From positions 1-45,937 of the forward strand of contig JBGSUI010000061.1 in the NCBI GenBank assembly GCA_041736175.1: a DNA stretch of 45,937 nt, given 5' to 3'. This document shows, piece after piece, positions 37,540 to 45,937 of the stretch. The position numbers and the translations under genes are program-made. Source of the DNA: Oligoflexales bacterium (GTDB lineage: Bacteria > Bdellovibrionota_B > Oligoflexia > Oligoflexales > CAIYRB01). The number at the start of each line of letters is the position of its first letter. The first letter of the stretch is position 1. The notes beneath the pieces are model-generated. The model made no database searches. It had not been told where the DNA came from and worked only from the letters and a program-made list of their open reading frames with translations.

Positions 37540-38942
37540 AACCAATCCTTCCCAAAAGGTCCCTTAAAACTAGTTTTGTTGGACTCATAATGGGTCTAAC
37601 CATAGCCGGAGTTTCTATGCTGAAAGCGGCCCCATTAGTCACTGATGAAACGATTAAGACTCAAAAATCTCTGACGGAAACCTACCAGCTCAAAAACAAA
37701 ATCCCCGTGATCATCAGGCGCAGCGATGACTCGGAGTTGTTCCAGATCTTGGTGCAATACAACCGGGGCCTTAAGGATTTGCCAAAAGGGCGTAAAGCCC
37801 TTAATGAATGGATTTTTATGGCTTTGCCTTCGGCCTCAAAAACCTATTCTAAAGAATCCGTGTTTAAGTTGACTTCAAAATATGATCTTGATCTAGCTTG
37901 CAGTGGGGGCGTAGAAGTCTCCTACTGTAGTTTAGGAACCATTAACGATGCTGTCGATGAAGCGATTCCCCTGTTTGCCTCGCTAATCAAGGAACCCCTG
38001 TTTAGCGAAGAGGATGTCAAACTTTCAAAAGAGCGAATGAGTGCCCGTCTTAAAAACGTTCCCTCTGATCCCAATCAGTACGTCAACGATGTGGTTAATA
38101 CAGTCTTTTATCCGGAGGGATACCCCTATCGACTCAATCATGATGAGTCTTTAGCTGAGTTAGAAAAACTTTCAAGAGATGATGTCGCTAAGGGTTACGA
38201 GCAGCTCCTGAGCAGCACGGGGCTATCAATCGTTGTTGTCACATCCTTGCCATCGGCAAAGGTTGTCGCCCAGCTCGAAAAGTATTTTGCCGATATCCCA
38301 ACAAAACAGGTCCCAAGTGTTCTGGTGACTCCGCCGGTTTTTGACCCTAAAAAGTCCTATCATTTTGTCGACCGCGATGTGCCGACCGCTTTTATTCGTA
38401 TGAAACTCAATGCCCCAGAAGCCAAGAGTCAAGACGCCTATGCATCCCAACTCTTTTATGAAATTTTAAGCAAAGAACTCTCCGAAGAGATCCGGACAAA
38501 AAGGTCTCTTTCTTACGCGGTTCATGCCATGACAATTCAATATTCGGCAGGGATTGGGATTATCAATGTGTCCACATCAAAACCCAAAGAGACTTTTGAA
38601 GCGATCGATCACGTGATCCAAACGATAAAAACCCAAGTTTACAGCCAGGAAGAACTGGAAGAGTTCAAAAATATTTTTGCGACAGGCTACTACCTTACCC
38701 AAGAGACCCATTCTTCCCTGGCATTGGCCCTGTCGCGATCCCTTTATTATTTTGGGGATGCAACCCGCCATTATGAGTTGCCACGCAAGCTCGACTTAGT
38801 CAAGCCGGCCGATATCACTCGAATGGCAAATCAGCTTTTGGTTAATCCCCGTGTTGGGGTGATCTTTAAAAAATCTGCCTATAAAGATAGCTGGGCCACT
38901 GATTTTATCGCTAAACATCAAAAGGTAGCTGGTAAAAATTAG
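37536..38942 (+). CDS. M16 family peptidase, non-catalytic partner subunit
   Basis: Lacks HxxEH, has the EIRTKRSLSY R/Y motif; signal peptide; ATGA overlap with the upstream gene. Confidence 0.85.
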   Translation: MKPILPKRSLKTSFVGLIMGLTIAGVSMLKAAPLVTDETIKTQKSLTETYQLKNKIPVIIRRSDDSELFQILVQYNRGLKDLPKGRKALNEWIFMALPSASKTYSKESVFKLTSKYDLDLACSGGVEVSYCSLGTINDAVDEAIPLFASLIKEPLFSEEDVKLSKERMSARLKNVPSDPNQYVNDVVNTVFYPEGYPYRLNHDESLAELEKLSRDDVAKGYEQLLSSTGLSIVVVTSLPSAKVVAQLEKYFADIPTKQVPSVLVTPPVFDPKKSYHFVDRDVPTAFIRMKLNAPEAKSQDAYASQLFYEILSKELSEEIRTKRSLSYAVHAMTIQYSAGIGIINVSTSKPKETFEAIDHVIQTIKTQVYSQEELEEFKNIFATGYYLTQETHSSLALALSRSLYYFGDATRHYELPRKLDLVKPADITRMANQLLVNPRVGVIFKKSAYKDSWATDFIAKHQKVAGKN

Positions 38943-39061
38943 CGGCTAAATTTATAAGTCACTCTCTTAAGTTACCTCTCGTCCTCAGCTCCCGTCCGCG
39001 GCAAACCGATAAGCTTGTAACAGAAGGTTGAGTCGAGGAATGACCAAAGGGAGGACGAGTT

Positions 39062-40033
39062 GTGAAAAGAGCCGCTATTGAAAGTGCGTTGGTAAAACAT
39101 GATTATGGATTTTTGAATGGAAAACAACATCAACTGATTCGTAGTCATTCACTTAAGCAGTTTTTGATTTTTATCATCCGACTTGCTGCTATTATGTTTC
39201 TGGCATTTGGTTGTGCTGGCCGTAGCAAAGACGATGCCAAAGATACAGGCGAAAAATCCAGTGGAGTTCCCCCTACCGAGACCAATCCAAATTTAGTCGC
39301 CAAAACCGTCTCCTCCATGCTCGTTCGCTACTGTACCGACTACCCTGCGGTCAAGCTGCGTACTGACATCAGCAAAGAGATGCGGTATTTTTGTAACAAT
39401 AACCAGCCCACTCCTGAGATGCTCGCTCTCGTCGACAGCATCCATAAGGCTGCCCAAGGTAAAGCTCCCTTGCGGATCGTTAAAACCGAGCATAGTGCGG
39501 ATCTTTGGTCCGAATTTTGGATTGTTTGGGGCTTTAAGGCGCCTTCCGCTCCTATCGCACTGAAAAACCGCCCCATCTATGAATATATAGCTAAAGGCAC
39601 GTCCTCCTCCACTTTGACTCTGACAGCAAACGCGACCCGCCAGTCAGATGAACTTGTTGACCATGGACTTCATCTTTGGAGTGCCACGATCGGGTACGAT
39701 CTCACGATTCTCGGGACGAACAATCTAGTCATTCCTACAAAACGAAATAGCGAATACAACCTCTATCAGATCAAAGCCGCATCCGAAGACATGGGACTGG
39801 CTGTTGAACATTTAGCGGATCCCACCAATAGCGACTACAAAACCGCCACTATGATCAATTTATCGTTTAGCAACGATACACTAGGGCCTACGGGAACCTC
39901 CCCAGGGGGATCCATCAACTTAGCCCTCAGTCATATCAAAATCTCTAACAGAGGCTTTCCCTCTACGGCTACAAGCTCTATGGCAGAGGTGGCGCAGTTT
40001 GTCGCTGATGTCATGTATGGAGCGATGCAGTAG
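39062..40033 (+). CDS. Hypothetical lipoprotein
   Basis: 323-aa ORF; hydrophobic stretch ending LAFG-C; GGAGG RBS; upstream TCAGC-N15-ACCGATAA. Confidence 0.7.
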   Translation: MKRAAIESALVKHDYGFLNGKQHQLIRSHSLKQFLIFIIRLAAIMFLAFGCAGRSKDDAKDTGEKSSGVPPTETNPNLVAKTVSSMLVRYCTDYPAVKLRTDISKEMRYFCNNNQPTPEMLALVDSIHKAAQGKAPLRIVKTEHSADLWSEFWIVWGFKAPSAPIALKNRPIYEYIAKGTSSSTLTLTANATRQSDELVDHGLHLWSATIGYDLTILGTNNLVIPTKRNSEYNLYQIKAASEDMGLAVEHLADPTNSDYKTATMINLSFSNDTLGPTGTSPGGSINLALSHIKISNRGFPSTATSSMAEVAQFVADVMYGAMQ

Positions 40034-40049
40034 CGAGCCTTGGTGACAC

Positions 40050-40261
40050 GAGTGGTGTGGAGAAACCTATGCACCGATCGTCTATTTCTTCGACCAGCCG
40101 CGGATGCTTCAGGAAACATGACTGACATTCCCTTGTCTCAGCGATTCAGAGGCCCTGTTCGCACTCAGCCTCTGATGCCTTCCGGGTCCGTCACGATTCC
40201 ATTCGTAACTGAACTGCGCATCTTATACGCTCTTTCCCTCGCACCCTGCGTTGCACAGGCA
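40050..40261 (-). ncRNA. Candidate CsrB/RsmZ-like small RNA
   Basis: Intergenic between convergent genes; GGA motifs in hairpin loops (GUUACGA-AUGGAA-UCGUGAC, GACA-AGGGAA-UGUC); upstream sigma54-like site; ends approximate. Confidence 0.45.
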
Positions 40262-40271
40262 ACCAGAGACA

Positions 40272-40287
40272 TTCAAAAATCATGCCA
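40272..40287 (-). promoter_or_regulatory. sigma54-like promoter pointing into the intergenic region
   Basis: Minus strand TGGCAT-GATTT-TTGAA; overlaps the perfect 16-bp palindrome ATGCCATGCATGGCAT (40282-40297). Confidence 0.5.
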
Positions 40288-40442
40288 TGCATGGCATATT
40301 TGCATCTAAAGGGGTCAGGGTCTAAAAACAGGATGATTATCAGATGTTGATAGACCATCCTCTAACCTAAAGAAATGTTATTTGGTGTAGATTGTGTCAA
40401 ATGATACAGATTCGGACTAATCCTTGATGGATTTTGAGTGAT

Positions 40443-43400
40443 TTAGTGACTAACAGGGGATCTATATAGGGATCCCGATGGGTCTTCGCGGTTCAGGATC
40501 TCCACTTCAAGTGCTGGTAGAAGGGATTTCAAACCTTGAACCACAAGGGAGCTGGTAAAGCGAAACTGGTCAACGTTGGTGTTTTGGGCACTGACAAAGG
40601 CTGTGATGGTGCCGTAAAAATTTTCGCCAATGCCAAAGATTAGGGTAGCTGTTCGGTTTTTAGCATCGGAACGAATCAGCACACCCTGGGCATTATGAAC
40701 ATCGAGGCGGTTATCCCCGGTTCCGGTCTTTGCCGCGAGCAAAACTTCATGGCCATTTGATTTAAAAAGGGAGCCTTTGAGTCTGCGGGCTGTCCCACTG
40801 TTGACGACTTCGCGGACCGCGAGAAGAGCTGCTTGTGCGACCTGGGGGCGCATGGCGCGCCGCCCACCGTAAAAGCCATGAGCAAGCTGTGTCTCGAAGG
40901 GCGTGCTTCGGCCAAAAGTAATATTTTCAATTCGTTTCGTAGGCAGCAACATGCCATCGTTATGGATAGCTCCCATAAGGTCTGCAAGGGCCGAGGGTCG
41001 ATCCCCTGAACTCCCTAAGGCTGAGGCAAGGGTCGGGGTCATCGTATTAAAGGGAAACCCTTGTTTTTTCCAAGAGGGGTAGATGTGGTCACGAAAGGCC
41101 TCCCGCTCGAGCATGGTTAAGATATCTCGTTCTTGGCGTTGGGATCCAGCCTTGCTACGCAGCCATTCATAGGAAGCATGTCTCATATGACGGGAATCAT
41201 ACAAAATGTCAGACCAAGAGGCTGAGGGATACACCTCTAGATAAAGAGCAGTCCACAGAGCGATAGGATGGGATTTGGCTAGATAAGCTCGGTCAGCAAG
41301 GTTCATGGCCAAGGGATGCATTCCATGCCAGGACGAGAGAATATATTTTTCTTCCAATGTGGGCAGATGTTTTTTCATAGTCAAACGAAAAGCCATGAAG
41401 TCATAGTCGGGTCTAAGGCTTAAAATCAAGGATGCCAGTCTACTACTGGTGATATGTTTGGACTTCACAAAACTCTCAAACCGTTGTTCGGAAGTTTTGT
41501 GTTTAAGCTCGCGGTAGAATTTTCTAAGAAACATCTTGCTTTCAAGTTCGATAAAGTCTTCAAGATAGGCGGCTCTTAGGGGGTGTTTTGGGTCCTTAAG
41601 GATAGCGTGCCCCTGGGGGATGCGGGTGTGGATCACATGCTGGACGACGTCCCGCATGATTCGCACAAAGACTAGGTTGTTTGATTTGCGAAATCCTTCC
41701 AATACACTTAGATTCATTCCATTTTCATCGTCATTGAAGTTATTAAACGAGATTCTGCCGCCTCCGGTCCAAAAACTTTGGTAAGGAGAGGCAGAAAACT
41801 CTCTTTTAAGAGCCTCCTGGAGAAGCTCATCTAGGCTACCCTGGGGGGTGTCAAGGGATGATCTTTTTGAGGCGATATAGTGGCGCACAAACTGGGTCAT
41901 TTCATCGGGAGATGTTTGTATGTCTAGGTGATTTGAGGCCGAGGGATTGGCGATTTCTTTTTCGTACAGGTCCGCAATCATTTCTAAGTAGGTCACCAAG
42001 GTTCGCAGTTTTGCCGTGGAACCTAACTCCAGTTTACCTCCTCTGTTAAGGTCAAAAGGTCCCTGTAGAGTATCTGTTTGCACTCTCACAGCGTTGTGGC
42101 CTTCGCTTCGTTTGGATTCAATCAGGGTAAAGCTGTAGTCCACCATGGATGCCTGACCTGGCTGTAGCATCCTGTCGCCGATAAGTCCTGCATCGAGGGC
42201 TCCCGACTCGGTTTTATAGGCACGAAGTTTGGTCGAAATTTGATCTTGTAATTTTGGGATATAACTTGTCTGGATGTCGGCATCGATGCGATCTAATTGA
42301 TAGAGTGTTTGGACCCCCAAAAGCTGTTGGAGTTCGATCCGCACAGCGTTGGCAGCTTTGTTTCCGAGCCATAACTTCGGGCCTAGTTTGTCAGTGGTTT
42401 TAGCAGTCCGCGACCGGGAGGATGGGATCAGATCCAAGGGTTGGTCGATGGCGAGGTTTGCCAGGGAGTTTGGGATCACACCCTGTGCGGCCATCAGTCT
42501 TAGGTAGGAGTTGCCGAGGGTATCAAGATCTTTTGGGCTGGTGAGCAGATAATAGCTTGGGCGTCGTTGGGACAGGAAAAGAGCAAGGACTTGTTTATAG
42601 GCTTTGGCTTTCTTGATTTGGTTATCCACTGAAAGTTCTTCCATGGGGGTCTCAAGAAGGGTGTTGACCGCGTGAAAATCCTGTCGAAACCACACTTGCA
42701 TGGCTTCTCCAAGTCCCCGGATTTCGCCAAATCCATTGGCGGCTCCAAGGGGGACTTCGTTGATGTAGTTGGTGATAATCTGCTGGCGAGCATTGGTTGT
42801 GTCTTTGCCTAACAAATAAGACCTAAGACTTGCCGATGCAATTTGTTTGAGTTTGTCGCTTGGTTTGTGGGTTCGGCCTTCGGAGGAATGGCGGAATTTT
42901 TCGATTTGAGTCGCTAAGGTGCTGCCACCTGGGACATTGCGGTCGCTTACGGTTTTATCGAGAATCAGCTCGAAGATTGCCCTCAAGAGTCGTTCCCAGG
43001 AGATCGCAGGATTGAGGGAAAGGGATTTTTTTTCATCTAAAATCTGGCGGTCTTCGATAAAGAGCAAGGTGTCTCGTACCAGTCCAGGGATTTGCTCGAA
43101 ACTCCCATAGCGAAAACGGGGGTAGAGTTCGTTGTAAAGGACGCCGCGGTCTTCGTTGAAGAGTTTGAGCCCATGGATGGTTTTTTCGTGATAAATGGGA
43201 TGTAGACCTGCATCCACTAGGCTGCGGTGCAGGGGAGTGAGCCCCGCTTGTTGGTACACATGGTAACCACGTTGTTCAAGCCGGGTGGTCCATTGGGGGA
43301 TCAGGCTATAGCCTAACATCGTATCATAAGGGCTTGGTGCGGGAGCCCTAAAATCGGGGTTTTTGCCATCAGCCATTTCGTGGCGGAGGTAGGGTGTCAG

Positions 43401-43715
43401 TGTGGATGCGGTATGAGCTTCGATTCCGGAAGTGGTGAGTTCCCAATAGACGACTGCAAAGGTGACCGTTATCATCAGGGCTCCTAAGAGGAGCATCTGG
43501 ATTTTGTACAATCGGGTTTCAAAAAGGCTAAGCCCCTCAATGGTCTGACCTTGGACGGAGTGGTGTTCCAAGTCTTTGGGGACCAACCTGAGAGGTTGTC
43601 TGGGTAGGTGGTTGAGTTGGTTTGGTTTTTTCTTACGGCCAAACCATCCCCAGGAGGCCACGGTTTTAGCTCCGTTTAAACCTTGTTTGAAAAATAGGGT
43701 GTTGGGCTGCCACAT
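40443..43715 (-). CDS. Large class A penicillin-binding protein (transglycosylase + transpeptidase)
   Basis: N-terminal TM; IEDR, GGSTLATQIEK (GT51); GSTAK (SxxK), SNN, KTGTG. Confidence 0.88.
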   Translation of the reverse strand: MWQPNTLFFKQGLNGAKTVASWGWFGRKKKPNQLNHLPRQPLRLVPKDLEHHSVQGQTIEGLSLFETRLYKIQMLLLGALMITVTFAVVYWELTTSGIEAHTASTLTPYLRHEMADGKNPDFRAPAPSPYDTMLGYSLIPQWTTRLEQRGYHVYQQAGLTPLHRSLVDAGLHPIYHEKTIHGLKLFNEDRGVLYNELYPRFRYGSFEQIPGLVRDTLLFIEDRQILDEKKSLSLNPAISWERLLRAIFELILDKTVSDRNVPGGSTLATQIEKFRHSSEGRTHKPSDKLKQIASASLRSYLLGKDTTNARQQIITNYINEVPLGAANGFGEIRGLGEAMQVWFRQDFHAVNTLLETPMEELSVDNQIKKAKAYKQVLALFLSQRRPSYYLLTSPKDLDTLGNSYLRLMAAQGVIPNSLANLAIDQPLDLIPSSRSRTAKTTDKLGPKLWLGNKAANAVRIELQQLLGVQTLYQLDRIDADIQTSYIPKLQDQISTKLRAYKTESGALDAGLIGDRMLQPGQASMVDYSFTLIESKRSEGHNAVRVQTDTLQGPFDLNRGGKLELGSTAKLRTLVTYLEMIADLYEKEIANPSASNHLDIQTSPDEMTQFVRHYIASKRSSLDTPQGSLDELLQEALKREFSASPYQSFWTGGGRISFNNFNDDENGMNLSVLEGFRKSNNLVFVRIMRDVVQHVIHTRIPQGHAILKDPKHPLRAAYLEDFIELESKMFLRKFYRELKHKTSEQRFESFVKSKHITSSRLASLILSLRPDYDFMAFRLTMKKHLPTLEEKYILSSWHGMHPLAMNLADRAYLAKSHPIALWTALYLEVYPSASWSDILYDSRHMRHASYEWLRSKAGSQRQERDILTMLEREAFRDHIYPSWKKQGFPFNTMTPTLASALGSSGDRPSALADLMGAIHNDGMLLPTKRIENITFGRSTPFETQLAHGFYGGRRAMRPQVAQAALLAVREVVNSGTARRLKGSLFKSNGHEVLLAAKTGTGDNRLDVHNAQGVLIRSDAKNRTATLIFGIGENFYGTITAFVSAQNTNVDQFRFTSSLVVQGLKSLLPALEVEILNREDPSGSLYRSPVSH

Positions 43716-43960
43716 ATCGTCGCACCTTTATGAAAAAGGGAGGTTTTTGTAACGCCAAAGATCAACAATTTCTTTTTGTTTATAAATTAAAATTAATTTA
43801 AATGCAATAATTAATTGTCATTTAATTTATTGATTTAAATTAGTGTAGTATATATAAGCAGTTGCGTCCCACGAGCGGTGTCTGGCCTTGCAGCTACGCC
43901 CCGTGGCACCCCTAGTTCTGCTGAGGTGAGAAACAACTAGCGAGAGGAATGATCACTCTC

Positions 43961-45733
43961 TCACTGTCGGGGGGCATCCCCCCAAATCGGCACTTTCGCA
44001 AGCTGTAAGGCATAACCCCAGCCCTTTTGATAGCGAACTTCGTCGCCACGGACTTCGCAAGGATTATTCTTGGTACACTCCAGCCCCTGATCATTGCCCG
44101 TAAAGGCCAGACCTAGCACCTCGCCGGTTCGGGCGTCCATGAGCGGACTTCCCGAAGTACCGGGAAATAGCTGACAGCCTAAACCGTAGCGTAGGACATC
44201 TTCTGTGGTGTGAGTAGCCTCTTTGAGCAACGGGACCTCAGCTGCTATCGGACAGCGAAACCCTTGGGAGAACAGACCGGGCATAACGGTTACTTGTTGG
44301 CCTTCTTTAACCTTGCGGTTTGCCATGGTGAGGACCCGAAATCCTTTTGACTGGAGATCTGAAATAGTATCTGCAGACTCCATCAACGCCATATCTGTAC
44401 CTTTTAAGGAGGCATAAACAAGTCTCTTGCTACTTAGTATTTTATCAGTCGGGCTGCCATCTGAAGCCAAAAGGGTCAAGCTGAAGCCGTTATAGGGCTG
44501 ATCGCGAATAGCGCTATCCTCGGTCAAATCCGAAAGGCAATGGCGGTTCGTGAGGATCAATGCAGCGTCTGATCCTTTAGATTTAGGAAATTTCACCACG
44601 GCCCCTGAGCAGTTGTCACTAAAACCTTGGCCTGAAAAATCAAAGCCATCTCGCTTATTCACGCCCACTACCACAAAGATATGGGTGGCCGCCGCGGGGT
44701 CCTGTCTCAAGGCGACGGCGTTAGCGTCGACCTGAGCCCCGTAAATTTCGCCAAGGGCACAGATCTGCACCGTTGTCCCAAGCCCAAAACCACTGGCGAT
44801 CAAGTCGACTTCTAGAACGGTATCTATGGTCCTCGGTGGGCTAAAGTCCCTCAGTGTTAAGGCGCTGCAGGAGTTCTTTGCATAATCTAGCAGCTTATAT
44901 CGGTAATGGGTTGGTTGTGGTATTTTTGTTGGCGAAGAACCGTCTTGCCAAATTTTCGGACCGCGAAACTCGAGTTTCAGTTGAGTGGCTAGACCACCGT
45001 TATCTTGTGCTCCGGAACCTTTGATGAGTACCGATGGTTGGTCGTAAAGAGCTTTGATGGTCCGGATATCGCTTTTTGACAATTTGATGGCACTCTCTCC
45101 TGCGAGATAACTCATCATGCTATCCTCAGAAAAATCGCCAAAATAATTGATACCACTCCATTCGTCACTGGTATTTAATTTGGGCGGCGGAAAGCTCTGA
45201 CCGATTTTTTTAAAGAGCTGAGGATGATTATGAGAATGGGTCAGACCCAACGTGTGACCAAACTCGTGAGTCACCCATGCTTTCACGCAGGTTTTAGGGT
45301 TTGACCTGCAAAACTTAGAGGCGTGGTTCTCAGGATTAGCCTTGATGGTTACCGTAGTACCTTTGCCATAATAAACGCCCACCACGGTGGCGCCACCCAG
45401 CTGTGGCACCGTGTTTTCAAAACTAAGTTTTAGCAAAGGGGACTTACGATCACTGTCGGCAGAGGCTAATTCCTGCTTGCTACAAGGCTGCCAGCTCTCA
45501 AAGCTAAACCCCACTTTTTGGTATTCAAGGGCAACATGTTGGCGAATATCTTCGAGGAATGGTGGTTGAAGGCTGGGATCGACAATACAGACCTTGATCG
45601 TCTTGCTTGACCAGAGTGTCAAAAAATCAGACGATGTGCCAAGATTAGTCTGATTGTTTAGTTTGGAGCTGTCAGTGGAACAGGCCAAACCTAATGTGAT
45701 AAAGATCGTAGGCAAAAGAGTGGAAGTGTTCAT
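43961..45733 (-). CDS. Lipoprotein fusing a metzincin Zn-metalloprotease and a trypsin-like (S1) serine protease
   Basis: Lipobox GLA-C; HEFGHTLGLTH + Met-turn DSMMSY; TNRHC, TDMAL, GTSGSP triad; ATG at 45733 (ORF is open from 45787). Confidence 0.85.
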   Translation of the reverse strand: MNTSTLLPTIFITLGLACSTDSSKLNNQTNLGTSSDFLTLWSSKTIKVCIVDPSLQPPFLEDIRQHVALEYQKVGFSFESWQPCSKQELASADSDRKSPLLKLSFENTVPQLGGATVVGVYYGKGTTVTIKANPENHASKFCRSNPKTCVKAWVTHEFGHTLGLTHSHNHPQLFKKIGQSFPPPKLNTSDEWSGINYFGDFSEDSMMSYLAGESAIKLSKSDIRTIKALYDQPSVLIKGSGAQDNGGLATQLKLEFRGPKIWQDGSSPTKIPQPTHYRYKLLDYAKNSCSALTLRDFSPPRTIDTVLEVDLIASGFGLGTTVQICALGEIYGAQVDANAVALRQDPAAATHIFVVVGVNKRDGFDFSGQGFSDNCSGAVVKFPKSKGSDAALILTNRHCLSDLTEDSAIRDQPYNGFSLTLLASDGSPTDKILSSKRLVYASLKGTDMALMESADTISDLQSKGFRVLTMANRKVKEGQQVTVMPGLFSQGFRCPIAAEVPLLKEATHTTEDVLRYGLGCQLFPGTSGSPLMDARTGEVLGLAFTGNDQGLECTKNNPCEVRGDEVRYQKGWGYALQLAKVPIWGDAPRQ

Positions 45734-45937
45734 AGTAAAACCCTTATTTCCAGAATGGGGAATCAGAAGCGATAGGGTGGCGAGCAAAAGCCGCCAATGA
45801 ACTAAGCGCGCTCGCGCGCAGTCCTATCCCGAGCATCCGGGCAGATTGTAGCTTTCCTTCCGGCATAATCTCGGCACATTTTATTCAATTCCTAGACCTC
45901 TGAATCTCAGACTCCATTTAAATATAGCTAATTTTTG

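Noticed and set aside
40050..40261. c-di-GMP-I riboswitch (merRNA-like) interpretation
   Set aside because: The GGCAAACC...GAAA...GCAAAG consensus elements are absent on both strands
40040..40309. 89-aa plus-strand ORF and 65-aa minus-strand ORF (39931-40128) in the convergent gap
   Set aside because: No convincing RBS or motif; the RNA hairpin pattern explains the region better
400..45569. Many 60-160-aa ORFs nested in or antisense to the called genes
   Set aside because: Shadow ORFs of well-supported genes with no motifs of their own

Overview
Bacterial chromosomal window of moderate GC. The gene style suggests Oligoflexia/Bdellovibrionota (inference): many orphan lipoproteins, a DUF1552/DUF1592 cytochrome operon, a DUF222-like HNH protein, and sigma28- and sigma54-like promoters. 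The core content is a galactose uptake/Leloir operon (mglB-mglA-mglC-galT-galK), a GH36 alpha-galactosidase, typA, an RlmI-like methyltransferase, a FadF-like Fe-S protein, an M16 peptidase pair and a large class A PBP. The accessory patches hold four toxin-antitoxin-like modules (MqsRA-like, HEPN plus a BolA/MNT-like partner, MazEF-like, and a HigB-HigA-SecB toxin-antitoxin-chaperone) and two AAA_14/DUF4143 ATPases. The most notable unexplained signals are: (i) a candidate sigma54-driven CsrB/RsmZ-like sRNA with GGA-loop hairpins at about 40.05-40.29 kb; (ii) a secreted 104-aa peptide built from three Trp-rich 22-aa repeats under purifying selection; (iii) a 40-bp-period palindrome array in front of the first ATPase; (iv) an inverted diverged copy of part of the HNH gene just past its stop; (v) exported ATP-dependent enzymes (an NIS-synthetase-like lipoprotein and a kinase lipoprotein); (vi) FliA-type promoters in front of two TA operons. 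No tRNA, rRNA, CRISPR array, transposase or integrase was recognised. All calls are from reading by eye; no database searches were run.
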